Of a stretch of 61,016 nt of DNA, positions 29,929-39,211 are shown piece after piece. Origin of the DNA: Myxococcales bacterium (GTDB lineage: Bacteria; Myxococcota_A; Polyangia; Polyangiales; JAFGIB01); contig JAPPOR010000087.1 in NCBI GenBank assembly GCA_028817905.1, forward strand, positions 1-61,016, in the 5' to 3' direction. Numbering within the stretch: position 1 is the first letter of the stretch; each line of letters opens with the position of its first letter. A program made the position numbers and the translations under genes. Below the pieces are notes generated by a model. The model worked only from the letters and a program-made list of their open reading frames with translations, ran no database searches and was not told the DNA's origin.

Positions 29929-32900
29929 ATGGACTACATTCGTCGTTGGCTGGTCGTCTTCGTCGCAGCCATACTTGTAGGCGCGCCAGCAGAGCTTAGC
30001 GCGCAAGTGACCGATGCGCCTGCAGAACCTACCGAGCCGGCGGCAGAGGAGCCGGCGGCCGAGGCGCCCGCAGCCGAAGAGCCGGCAGCGGAAGAGCCCG
30101 TAGCGGCACCCGTGGCGGAGGAGCCGGCTCCCGCGCCCGAGCCGGACGTTTCCGGATCGGTGGGCGTCTCCCTTGGTGCACAGGTCGACACTGAGACCGG
30201 CGCCGAGGTCGACGCAGCCGCCGACGCGGAAGCGGCGGCCGGAGCAGCTGACACCGACTCGGACGACGTCGAAGAAATCGTCGTCACGGGTTCGCGCATC
30301 AAGCGAAACAGCTTCGACACACCCACGCCGGTCCAGGTCTACAACCGCGACGACATCCTGCGCAGCGGTGCCACCAATATGGCGGACCTGATTCGTTTCA
30401 TGACCGCGAACTCCGGTTCCTCCACCCAGTTTGGCCTCGGCCAAGGGTCGGCGGGGTCCTCCAACTTCAACCTGCGCGGTCTGGGCCTCGCCAACACGCT
30501 GGTATTGGTGAATGGCCGCCGGCTGGTGCCCTTCCCCGACACCTTCGGCGTGACCAACAGTGCCTCCTTCTCGGACGTGAACCAGATTCCGCTTCAGTTC
30601 ATCGAGCGCATTGAGATCGCCAAGGGTGGCGCCTCCGCCATCTACGGCTCTGACGCCATCGCGGGCGTTGTCAATATTATCCTGCGTAAGGACTACGAGG
30701 GCTTCGGCGTCAGCGTCAACGGGCAGACCACCGACGGCTGGGACCAGCAGGACGGCGAGGTAGCGGTGATCTTCGGCGCCAACTCCGACGACTCGTCAAT
30801 CGTCGCCCAGTTCAGCTACTTCGGCCGCGCGCCCCTGGCCGCCAACGAGCGGGACTACACCGCGGGCACCCTTTCCAGCGCGGTAGGCCAGCCGGGCACC
30901 TATATCCTGCTCGGCGCGCGCCCCGACCTGCCGGCGGGCGTGGGCCCCGTCGGGGTCATGACCGACCCGGGTTGCGGCCAACCGGGCACGTCTTCGTTCC
31001 TCAACGAAGCGATGGACCGCTGCCGGTTCAGCTTCCGCGACGACTGGAACCTGTTCAACGACGAGGAGCGCATCCTGGGGTACGTGCAGGCCGAGCACCG
31101 CGTCGCCGACGCCCTGCGGTTCTTCGGCGAAGCGGGATTCGCTCGCCGCGAGACGCGCATCCCCCAGTCTCCATCGCTCCCGGTGTTGCGCTCTGTCGTG
31201 ATCCCGCCTGACCATCTGGCCAACCCATTTGGGGCCCCGGCCGTCTTCCTCGGGCGACCGCTGGGCCGCGCCGCCGGCTCTGCGAAGCAGCAGATCAACG
31301 TGGATGGCTTCCGTGCGCTCGGCGGCATCAGCGGCGACCTGGACGGTGCGGGCATGACCGACTGGACCTACGAGGCGGCCTTCACCTGGCACATGAACCA
31401 GCATTTGCGCCGCAACGCCGACATTCTGTTCGATCGTTTCCAGGAAACGGTCAACAGCTGCAATGACCCGAGCGACCTGTCCAGGTGCTTCAACCCCTTC
31501 CACAGTGCGATCGACGGCACCGGTATCAAGAACTCCGCTGAGGTGATCGACTACATGAACGGTCAGCTCAAGAACCTGAATACGACCGAAATGCTGGTCG
31601 GCGACCTGTCCTTTGCAGGTCCCCTCTTCGCCCTGCCGGGTGGTGACCTGAGCCTGGCGATCGGCGGCCAGGTCCGTCGCAACACGCAAAGCACGGAAAA
31701 CGACAACGACTCCGACGACCAGGCCTACGCCTTCATCATCGGCACCCCCGACTGGGAAGGCAGCCAGAACGTCGTAGCGGGCTTTGCCGAGCTCGCATTG
31801 CCGATCCTCCAGGGCGCTGAGATCCAGGCAGCCGTTCGCGCCGAGCACTACGAGGACATCGAGACGTCGGTCAATCCGCGCGTGGGCATGTCCTGGACCC
31901 TCGGTGAAACCTTCGTGACGCCCGCCGTGCTGGAGAAGTTCCGCCTGCGCGGCTCGATCGGCACCGCCTTCCGCGCGCCGAACGTGACCCAGACCGCTGG
32001 ATCCGTGACCAACCTGCAGCAGTTCGCCGACCCGGGCACCGTGTTCCGCGGAGTGACCACCAGCCCCAACCCGGATCTGAAGCCGGAGAAGTCGCTGGCG
32101 TTCAGCGCCGGCTTCGAGTGGCTGTTCGAGGGTCTGACGGTCGACGTGGACTACTGGCAGTACCAGGTGACCGACCTGATCGTGCTCGAAAGCGCCCAAT
32201 CCCTCGTGCGCAACTGCCGGGCGGAGATGGCCGCGGGAGGGGACGGCACGCTCCTATCCGATGTCTGCCCGGACGAGTTCGAGTTCACTGCGGGGACCGA
32301 CAACTGGCAGCGGACGTTCGTCAGCTACAACAACCAGGACGAGATCACGACCAGCGGGCTCGACTTCGTGCTGGGCTATCGGCGCGACTTCGGCTCGGGC
32401 GGCGTCCTGAGCCTGAGCGTCGGCGGCACCTATACCTTCAACTACGTCGTCCCGGCCACCCAGGTTCCGGTGCTGAGCGTGGCGAATCCGGACTACGATG
32501 AGGATGCGGCCATGGCGGCAATGGAAGCTGGCGAGGCGTACGACGTGCCGGAGACCGTGCCGCAAGCACAGGACGGCTGCGACGGCCTGGACGCAGACGG
32601 AAAGCCGATCGGCGACTGCAACCTCGCGGGCAAGCGCAATGTGAATAACTTTGCCCAGCCCCTACCCCAACTTCGCATGCGGATTCCGCTGTCGTGGAGC
32701 CTCGATGGCCACGTGGCGAGCCTCGCGGTCAACTACATCGGCGGCTATGACGACGACGCCAACTACAACAATGTGTCCGGCGAGCTTGACGGCATCGATA
32801 CGTGGGTGACCCTGGACCTGAGCTACGGCTACATGCTGGGCGAGTGGGCGGCTGGCAGCGAGACCGCCCTTCGAGTAGGCGTCAACAACCTGCTCGGGTC

Positions 32901-33000
32901 GGACCCGCCCCTCATCAACAACGCCAACTTCGGCTACGACATCTTTACGCACGACCCACGCGGCCGACTCATCTACGCCAACCTGATGCACAAGTTCTAA
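29929..33000 (+). CDS. TonB-dependent outer membrane receptor with acidic Ala/Glu/Pro-rich N-terminal extension
   Basis: Signal peptide MDYIRRWLVVFVAAILVGAPAELSAQ. About 100 aa of EEPAA-type low complexity. Plug region EEIVVTGSRIKRNSFDTPTPVQVY. Barrel ending IYANLMHKF. GGAGG lies before the ATG at 29929. Confidence 0.92.
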   Translation: MDYIRRWLVVFVAAILVGAPAELSAQVTDAPAEPTEPAAEEPAAEAPAAEEPAAEEPVAAPVAEEPAPAPEPDVSGSVGVSLGAQVDTETGAEVDAAADAEAAAGAADTDSDDVEEIVVTGSRIKRNSFDTPTPVQVYNRDDILRSGATNMADLIRFMTANSGSSTQFGLGQGSAGSSNFNLRGLGLANTLVLVNGRRLVPFPDTFGVTNSASFSDVNQIPLQFIERIEIAKGGASAIYGSDAIAGVVNIILRKDYEGFGVSVNGQTTDGWDQQDGEVAVIFGANSDDSSIVAQFSYFGRAPLAANERDYTAGTLSSAVGQPGTYILLGARPDLPAGVGPVGVMTDPGCGQPGTSSFLNEAMDRCRFSFRDDWNLFNDEERILGYVQAEHRVADALRFFGEAGFARRETRIPQSPSLPVLRSVVIPPDHLANPFGAPAVFLGRPLGRAAGSAKQQINVDGFRALGGISGDLDGAGMTDWTYEAAFTWHMNQHLRRNADILFDRFQETVNSCNDPSDLSRCFNPFHSAIDGTGIKNSAEVIDYMNGQLKNLNTTEMLVGDLSFAGPLFALPGGDLSLAIGGQVRRNTQSTENDNDSDDQAYAFIIGTPDWEGSQNVVAGFAELALPILQGAEIQAAVRAEHYEDIETSVNPRVGMSWTLGETFVTPAVLEKFRLRGSIGTAFRAPNVTQTAGSVTNLQQFADPGTVFRGVTTSPNPDLKPEKSLAFSAGFEWLFEGLTVDVDYWQYQVTDLIVLESAQSLVRNCRAEMAAGGDGTLLSDVCPDEFEFTAGTDNWQRTFVSYNNQDEITTSGLDFVLGYRRDFGSGGVLSLSVGGTYTFNYVVPATQVPVLSVANPDYDEDAAMAAMEAGEAYDVPETVPQAQDGCDGLDADGKPIGDCNLAGKRNVNNFAQPLPQLRMRIPLSWSLDGHVASLAVNYIGGYDDDANYNNVSGELDGIDTWVTLDLSYGYMLGEWAAGSETALRVGVNNLLGSDPPLINNANFGYDIFTHDPRGRLIYANLMHKF

Positions 33001-33015
33001 AGGGAGAGACCGACC

Positions 33016-33420
33016 ATGCGCATACTGAGTTCAACGCAAGGTGGCATCCGTTGGGTCCCGGCATTCGCGCTGCTGGGGCTTCTGGGTGTAATCGGCTGCA
33101 ACGAGTCGGAGGGCACCGAACGGGTGCCAGGAGCCTATCCGCCGGAGGCGGAGATCGATCGCTCAAAGGGCATCGACCCATCACGACTGGTCGACAGCGG
33201 CATGGGCGGTGACGGCGACATGGCCGCCGGCGACGGCGACATCGCTGCCGGCGACGGCGACATGGCTGCCGGCGCCGGCGACATGGCTGCAGGCGCCGGC
33301 GACATGGGCGGCGACGGCGCCGGCGACGGCAGATGCCCGGCTGAAGACACCGACCCCACTCCAAGGATCAGACCTCAGACCGCGACCGGCCGCAAGGCAC
33401 GGTCGCGGTCTCAATTTTAG
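33016..33420 (+). CDS. small lipoprotein with tandem GDGDMAA heptad repeats
   Basis: Lipobox LLGVIGC. Five to six in-frame 21-bp repeats. Begins 16 nt after the receptor stop. Confidence 0.6.
   Translation: MRILSSTQGGIRWVPAFALLGLLGVIGCNESEGTERVPGAYPPEAEIDRSKGIDPSRLVDSGMGGDGDMAAGDGDIAAGDGDMAAGAGDMAAGAGDMGGDGAGDGRCPAEDTDPTPRIRPQTATGRKARSRSQF
33208..33330 (+). repeat. 21-bp tandem repeat, about 5.8 copies (GGCGACGGCGACATGGCYGCC), in frame
   Basis: Read directly. Encodes GDGDMAA GDGDIAA GDGDMAA GAGDMAA GAGDMGG DGAGDG. Confidence 0.9.
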
Positions 33421-33421
33421 G

Positions 33422-33699
33422 CTAGTCCCGACGTTTCACCAATCTTCGTGGCGCCTCCGATCTTGGGACCTGAGGAGCGCCATCTTCGCTTGCATCTCAG
33501 CGAGTACCAAGTCCGGATTGTCCACCAACCCACATCGCCTCACGTGACTCTCGACTCGGTTTTAGCATCCGCGCATTGGCGGCCGGTGACCGCATGAGCC
33601 CCGTGAAGCCCATGCTGTGTTGATGAATGATCCCGGCTAGCTTCGCGCGCACAAACCCCTGTGCAGTAGACGCCTGCACGGGTCATTCACGACTTGGTG
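33422..33699. mobile_element. cluster of degenerate MITE-like copies or fragments
   Basis: The cluster has three parts. An end-like CTAGTCCCGACGTTTCACCAATCTTCG is at 33422. A CACGAAC-subfamily copy (CCGGATTGTCCACCAACCCACATCGCCTCACG...GATGAATGATCCCGGCTAG) ends at 33640. A further end fragment, GGGTCATTCACGACTTGG, is at 33679-33699. Confidence 0.6.
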
Positions 33700-33843
33700 A
33701 AATGAGGAGCGTCCCCAGAAACATTTTGGCAGAACTGGTCACTTTCACACGGATGCCGCTTGGGAATACAAGTGGGATACATGTAAGGTCGTCGCCGGCT
33801 GGGTTGGGGAAGACCGCAGCCGCCTTTCGACAGGTTAGGAGTT

Positions 33844-34677
33844 GTGATGGGAAAGCTTGTTCGCTCGCTCGCGACCGTTTTGGGCCTGGCCGCGCTCGCC
33901 AGCATCTACATGGCCCCCGCCCACGCGCTGGCGCAGGGCAAGGCCAGAAAGAAGTCCAAGTCGGGGAAACCGCGCGTCGAGAAAGTCGTCAAGCGGGTCA
34001 AGCAGGTCCACAAGGATGCTGCGGGGGCTCAGAAGCAGGTGGACACCCTGAACAACGAGGCCCTGGACCTGACCGCCCAGTACCGCAACGTGCAGCGGCG
34101 CATGGATTCGCTCAAGGTCTACAACGGGCAGCTGAATGACCTGATCGATGCCCAAGAGGCCAAGGTCAGTGAAATCCGTGCGGAGATCGATGAGGTCAGC
34201 GTCGTCGGGCGCCAGGTCCTGCCACTGATGCACCGCATGGTCGACTCGCTTGCAAAGTTCGTCGAGCTGGATGTGCCGTTCCTGCTAGAGGAGCGCCGCA
34301 AGCGCGTGCAGTTGCTACGCGAAACGATGGCACGCGCAGACGTGTCAAACGCGGAGAAATACCGACGGGTCGTCGAGGCCTACCAGATCGAAAATGAATA
34401 TGGACGCACGATCGAGGCGTACAAAGAGTCCGTCAAGATCGGCGGCAAGGAGAAGCCGGTTGAGTTTCTGCGAATCGGGCGGGTATCCCTGATCTACAAG
34501 ACGCTCGATGGCCAGGAGTTTGGCGTGTGGGATACAAAGAAGAAGGCATATATGCCGATGGATTCCGGCTACGAGCGCGACATCCTGGCCGGCCTACGCA
34601 TCGCTCGCGAACAGGAAGCCCCAAACATCATCCGCGTGCCTGTCCCGGCGCCTGTTGCCGCGAAGGAGGCGAAGTGA
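33844..34677 (+). CDS. DUF3450 domain-containing protein (TonB2-type system accessory, coiled coil)
   Basis: Signal peptide, coiled coil, then VPFLLEERRKRV...AEKYRRVVEAYQIENEYGRTIEAY...LRIGRVSLIY, matching DUF3450 as I recall it. First gene of the energizer cluster. Confidence 0.8.
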   Translation: MMGKLVRSLATVLGLAALASIYMAPAHALAQGKARKKSKSGKPRVEKVVKRVKQVHKDAAGAQKQVDTLNNEALDLTAQYRNVQRRMDSLKVYNGQLNDLIDAQEAKVSEIRAEIDEVSVVGRQVLPLMHRMVDSLAKFVELDVPFLLEERRKRVQLLRETMARADVSNAEKYRRVVEAYQIENEYGRTIEAYKESVKIGGKEKPVEFLRIGRVSLIYKTLDGQEFGVWDTKKKAYMPMDSGYERDILAGLRIAREQEAPNIIRVPVPAPVAAKEAK

Positions 34678-36182
34678 TGGCCCTGTCCCTAAGAACCTTC
34701 CCCGGTCAACAGCGACCCAAGGCAAACCGCGGCCGTGCCCTATCGGCCAGCTTGACAACCACCATGGCGGCGGCAATGGCCGTCAGCCTCGGGGCCCCCT
34801 TGTCCACGGCCCAGGCCCAGGGCAAGCCCGCGAGCCTGGGGGCGTTGCTCGACCAGATCGAAGAAGATGTCCAGGAAGGCGCAAAAGAGCAGCAGCGGCG
34901 CCTGCAGGAGTTCGAGCGCAAGAAGGCAGAGCAGGCCGCCCTGCTTGAAGAAGCGCGAGCCCAGGAAAAGGCCCTGGAAGCCAAGAGCGCCGCGCTCGAG
35001 CGGCAGTTCGAAGAGAACGACGGCCGGATCAAGGAGCACCAGCAGCTGCTCAAGGAACGCATGGGCAGCCTGGGAGAGCTATTCGGCGTGGTTCGTCAGG
35101 TGTCCGGCGACACGGGCGCCCTGATCGACGCGTCGGTCGTGAGCGCGCAGATTCCAGGGCGGCGAGAGTTTCTCGCGAAACTTGGCCAGAGCAAGGCGCT
35201 GCCCTCGATCAAGGAGCTGGAGAAGCTCTGGTATTCCCTGCAGCAGGAGATGACCGAGCAGGGGCGCGTCGTGCGCTTTACGGCCAAGGTGACCGACGCC
35301 GCCGGCGATTCGCGCAATGCTGCGGTCGTGCGCGTGGGCACGTTCAACCTGGTGTCGGGCGGCAAGTACCTTAGCTATGGGCCCGAAAGCGGCCTGATCG
35401 AGCTGTCACGGCAGCCCGAGGACCGCTACACCGCCCTGATCGGCGATTTGGAGAGCGCCAGTGCCGGGCACATCACGTTCGGGATCGATCCCTCGCGCGG
35501 TTCCCTGCTCGGCCTACTCGTGCAGACGCCTGGCCTGGCCGAACGGCTTGAGGCGGGCGGCGTGGTCGGAAAGATCATTATGTACCTCGGCGGCCTCACC
35601 GCCGTGCTTGCCCTGATCCGGCTCGCCATGCTGCTGATCGTGGCCGCCAAGATCCGCAGCCAAGAAAGAACGCCGACCCAGTCGAACAAGGGCAATCCCC
35701 TGGGGCGAGTACTGGCGGTGTACCACGAGCGCCGCGATGCCGATGTGGAGACGATCGAGCGCAAGCTCGACGAGGCCGTGCTTCGGGAGGCCAGCGCCCT
35801 CGAACGTTTCCTGTGGGCGGTCAAGGTTGTGGCAGTGGTCGCCCCGCTCATGGGTTTGCTGGGCACGGTCACCGGTATGATTCGCACATTCCAGGCGATC
35901 ACCCTGTTCGGTGCCGGCGATCCGAAGCTGATGGCAGGCGGCATCTCCGAGGCGTTGGTCACGACCATGCTGGGTCTGTACGCGGCCATCCCGCTGGTGC
36001 TGCTGCACAGCGTGCTGAAGAGCACTACGCGCCGAATGATCGACGTGCTGCAGGAGCAAGCTGCAGGCTTGATCGCGGTCCAGGCAGAGAGCGTGTCCAT
36101 GCCCCCTGGGAGGAGCCCGAGCAGCGCCACGACCCCCCCGACCCCCAGCACCAGCCCAGCCTTCTCGCCCGGCGGGGAGTAG
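34677..36182 (+). CDS. large MotA/TolQ/ExbB proton-channel family protein (TtpC-like)
   Basis: Signal or TM segment, long coiled coil, and a C-terminal MotA/ExbB domain (VAPLMGLLGTVTGMIRTFQAI...GGISEALVTTMLGL). The ATG overlaps the upstream stop (TGATG). Confidence 0.85.
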   Translation: MALSLRTFPGQQRPKANRGRALSASLTTTMAAAMAVSLGAPLSTAQAQGKPASLGALLDQIEEDVQEGAKEQQRRLQEFERKKAEQAALLEEARAQEKALEAKSAALERQFEENDGRIKEHQQLLKERMGSLGELFGVVRQVSGDTGALIDASVVSAQIPGRREFLAKLGQSKALPSIKELEKLWYSLQQEMTEQGRVVRFTAKVTDAAGDSRNAAVVRVGTFNLVSGGKYLSYGPESGLIELSRQPEDRYTALIGDLESASAGHITFGIDPSRGSLLGLLVQTPGLAERLEAGGVVGKIIMYLGGLTAVLALIRLAMLLIVAAKIRSQERTPTQSNKGNPLGRVLAVYHERRDADVETIERKLDEAVLREASALERFLWAVKVVAVVAPLMGLLGTVTGMIRTFQAITLFGAGDPKLMAGGISEALVTTMLGLYAAIPLVLLHSVLKSTTRRMIDVLQEQAAGLIAVQAESVSMPPGRSPSSATTPPTPSTSPAFSPGGE

Positions 36183-36186
36183 TTCG

Positions 36187-36711
36187 ATGGGGGAGCTGAA
36201 CCACGCCATCGAGAGCGTCCTGGCGTTCATCGAACGGGGCGGCGGAGTCCAGTGGGCCATATTCTGGACCGTGGCCGCCATGTGGACCTTGATCCTGGAA
36301 CGGGCCGCCTACCTGGCGCTCCAATATCCCAAGGACCGCCAGGAAACCAAGGAGCGCTGGTATGCGCGCAAGGAGCGGCACTCCTGGCACGCGCACCAGG
36401 TGCGCACGATGCTGATCAACCAGACCTACGGCAAGCTGCGCAGCACCGTGCCCCTGGCGAAGACCTTCGTCACGGTCTGCCCGCTGCTTGGATTGCTCGG
36501 GACCGTCGTCGGGATGATCGAGGTCTTCGACGTCATGAAGCTGTCCGGCAACAGCAACGCCCGCGCCCTCGCGTCGGGCGTGTCCCGCGCCACCACCACC
36601 ACCATGGCAGGCATGGTGGCGGCCCTATCGGGCCTGTTCATCACCACCCAGCTTGAGCGCCACGCCAGCAATGAGCGTCGACGCCTGGAGGACGCTCTTT
36701 CGACGGATTGA
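36187..36711 (+). CDS. exbB: MotA/TolQ/ExbB proton channel family protein (ExbB)
   Basis: Three TM segments, PLLGLLGTVVGMIEVF and ASGVSRATTTTMAGM motifs. An ExbD gene follows. Confidence 0.85.
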   Translation: MGELNHAIESVLAFIERGGGVQWAIFWTVAAMWTLILERAAYLALQYPKDRQETKERWYARKERHSWHAHQVRTMLINQTYGKLRSTVPLAKTFVTVCPLLGLLGTVVGMIEVFDVMKLSGNSNARALASGVSRATTTTMAGMVAALSGLFITTQLERHASNERRRLEDALSTD

Positions 36712-36750
36712 CCGTCAGGTCGTCGCCGTTTTCGAGCACAGGAGTATCAA

Positions 36751-37158
36751 ATGGCCCTACGTTACCGCCGCGCAGACGATGAAGAGGAGAACGCCGTCGA
36801 CCTGACGCCCATGATCGACATCGTCTTCATCATGTTGATCTTCTTCATCGTGACCGCGTCGTTCGTCAAGGAGTCCGGCCTGGACGTCAACCGCCCTCCG
36901 GCCGCGACGGCCGAGCTCAAGGAGCGAGGCAACATCCTGGTCGCGATCAACGCCAACGACGAGATCTGGGTGGACAAGCGCCAAGTGGACCCGCGCGCCC
37001 TGCGCGCCAACATCGAGCGCCTACACGCGGAAAACCCCCAGGGCACGGTGGTCATCCAGGCCGATGAGAAGTCCACCAATAAGTCCCTCGTGCAGGTCAT
37101 GGACGCCGCCCGCCTTGCTGGCGTGGAGGAAGTGTCCATCGCCGCAGAGCCGGATTGA
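36751..37158 (+). CDS. exbD: biopolymer transporter ExbD/TolR
   Basis: DLTPMIDIVFIMLIFFIV with the conserved Asp in the TM helix, and a periplasmic domain with VVIQADE. Confidence 0.9.
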   Translation: MALRYRRADDEEENAVDLTPMIDIVFIMLIFFIVTASFVKESGLDVNRPPAATAELKERGNILVAINANDEIWVDKRQVDPRALRANIERLHAENPQGTVVIQADEKSTNKSLVQVMDAARLAGVEEVSIAAEPD

Positions 37159-37161
37159 AGC

Positions 37162-37776
37162 ATGGCACGCTGGCTCGCCGCAGCTCCCTCCGCCGCCCTC
37201 GTGGCGTTCGGGCTCTTCTTCCTCATGCAAGCGATGGTCGCCCTGCGCAGCGGGGAGTTGGATCCGGCCGTCTCGGGCAAGGTCGTCGGCTTCGTGCGCC
37301 TCAAGCGCGACCTCACCCCGCCCGCCGAGGAGCCGCAGGTACCAGAACGGCCCCCGCCAGTCGACGAACCCCCTCCGACGGACATGACGCCGGACACGCC
37401 GGACACCAACGCACCCACCCAGTCACTGGCCGTGGCGGCGCCCTCGGTGGACACCGGTTTCAAGATGGCCTCCGGAGCCCAGCTCGCGACCGCGGTTGGC
37501 GACACGGACGCCGTGCCCCTGCTGCGAGTCGAACCCCGCTACCCACCGGTCCAAGCCCAGGAGGGCGTCGAAGGTTGGGTCAAGCTGCGTTTCTCAATCG
37601 GCAAGTCGGGACAAACGAAGAACGTCTCGGTGGTCGATTCCAAACCGCCCGTGGTCTTCGATGAGGCCGCCCTGACGGCGGTTCGCAAATGGAAGTATCA
37701 GCCCAAGGTCGTCGACGGTCAGCAGGTCGAGCGCCACGGACTGGTGATCAGGCTCACGTTCAACTTGGACAAATAG
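37162..37776 (+). CDS. tonB: energy transducer TonB
   Basis: N-terminal TM, Pro-rich spacer (PPAEEPQVPERPPPVDEPPP), and C-terminal domain EPRYPPVQAQEGVEGWVKLRFSI...AVRKWKYQP. Confidence 0.85.
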   Translation: MARWLAAAPSAALVAFGLFFLMQAMVALRSGELDPAVSGKVVGFVRLKRDLTPPAEEPQVPERPPPVDEPPPTDMTPDTPDTNAPTQSLAVAAPSVDTGFKMASGAQLATAVGDTDAVPLLRVEPRYPPVQAQEGVEGWVKLRFSIGKSGQTKNVSVVDSKPPVVFDEAALTAVRKWKYQPKVVDGQQVERHGLVIRLTFNLDK

Positions 37777-39077
37777 TGATTTCGCATCGATACCGATACT
37801 GGGTCTGCTCCTTTCTGACCGCCTTGCTTCTAAGCACCGCAGTCGGGTGCCTCAAGCCCAAGGGGGGAACGACCGCCGACGAGGACGATGGCAAGGATTT
37901 CACGGTCGGTCGCTGGGCCTTCAGACGTCTCAACAACGCGGAGACCGCGGCCGCCCAAAAGAAGTACGACGAGGCGCTGAAACTGCTCGGCGAGATGCAG
38001 GCAAACGAGGACCTCAACCCGCACGAACGGGCCTTGATGTGGCAGCAGATCGGCAACATCCACGTCGTACAAGAGGACTACCCCGCCGCAGTCAAGGCCT
38101 TCAAAAAGTGCGTGGACCTGGACGCACTGCCGGCGGTGTCGCAAGCGGCAGTCCAGTTCAACTTGGGTCAGTTGTACGCGATCACCGGCGACTACAAGGG
38201 CGCCGTCAAGCTCCTCGAGGCGTGGTTGGCCAAGCAGAAGGAAGAACCTTCACGCGAGATCCAGCTGATGCTCGCGAATGCCTACGTGCAGATGGGCATG
38301 TTCAAGAAGGCCCTTCCCTACGCCGAGGCCGTCGCCAAGAAGACCCAAGAGAAGGACGAAAACCTGCTCGGACTGCTGCTAGCGATCCGCTTCGAGCTCA
38401 AGAACTATGAGCAGGTGGTCACGATCCTGACCGAGCTGGTGGAGCGCTTCCCGAAGAAGGCGTATTGGCTACAGTTGTCGGCAGCCTACAGCCAACTGAA
38501 GGACGACCGGCGCGCCCTGGCCGTGCTGGAGCTCGCCTACCGCCAGGACATGCTAACCGAGGAGTCGGAGCTGCGCATGCTCGCGCAGCACTACCTGCAT
38601 CTCGAAATGCCCTTCGAGGCCGCGACAGTGCTGGAAAAGGAGATGAAGGCGAAGCGCGTGGCGAAATCGCCCAAGAACCTCCAGCTGCTTTCCAGTGCCT
38701 GGATGTCTGCTCGCGAGGTCAAGAAGGCGCTCAAAACCCTGGGCAACGCCGCCCGGGAGGCGAAGGACGGCACGATCTACGTACAGCTTGGGCAGCTGTA
38801 CATGCAGGAGGAGCGCTGGGCGCAAGCCCAGGCGGCCCTGCAGAAGGCGATCAAGAAGGGCGGCCTGAAGAATGCCGGGACCGCCCACCTGCTGCTCGGC
38901 AACGCCAGTTACGAGCTCGGCAAACGATCCGCCGCCCGCCAGGCCTTCAACCAGGCCGCCCGCCACAAGAAGACGAAGGCCGCCGCAGACCGCTGGCTCG
39001 GCGTGATGCAAAGAGAGGACGAGAGCTGCCCCACGGGCAAGGAAGCCGCCTGCAAGCTGATCCCCGGCCGCAGCTGA
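37776..39077 (+). CDS. tetratricopeptide-repeat lipoprotein (TtpD-like last gene of TonB2-type cluster)
   Basis: The GTG at 37776 overlaps the tonB stop. Lipobox LLSTAVGC. Multiple TPR-like helices. Confidence 0.8.
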   Translation: MISHRYRYWVCSFLTALLLSTAVGCLKPKGGTTADEDDGKDFTVGRWAFRRLNNAETAAAQKKYDEALKLLGEMQANEDLNPHERALMWQQIGNIHVVQEDYPAAVKAFKKCVDLDALPAVSQAAVQFNLGQLYAITGDYKGAVKLLEAWLAKQKEEPSREIQLMLANAYVQMGMFKKALPYAEAVAKKTQEKDENLLGLLLAIRFELKNYEQVVTILTELVERFPKKAYWLQLSAAYSQLKDDRRALAVLELAYRQDMLTEESELRMLAQHYLHLEMPFEAATVLEKEMKAKRVAKSPKNLQLLSSAWMSAREVKKALKTLGNAAREAKDGTIYVQLGQLYMQEERWAQAQAALQKAIKKGGLKNAGTAHLLLGNASYELGKRSAARQAFNQAARHKKTKAAADRWLGVMQREDESCPTGKEAACKLIPGRS

Positions 39078-39211
39078 TCGCCCGATCGCACCACGCCCAC
39101 GGGAGCTAAGCTAAGTACAGGCACCGGAAACGGAAAAGTGCGCGCAAGAACGGCATGAGCGTGCGACCGCCTGCGTGCCCGAGCCCGCGCCCGTTGAACT
39201 ACCGCGCGACG

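Noticed and set aside
30796-32199. Long antisense ORFs inside real genes. Examples: 467 aa at 30796..32199 (-) within the receptor gene, 346 aa at 52668..53708 (-) across tolR/tolA, 296 aa at 21995..22885 (-), 256 aa at 18046..18816 (-), 255 aa at 35514..36281 (-).
   Set aside because: These are typical shadow ORFs of a high-GC genome. The products are Arg/Gly/Pro/Ala-rich with no motifs, and the opposite strand carries genes with clear family signatures.
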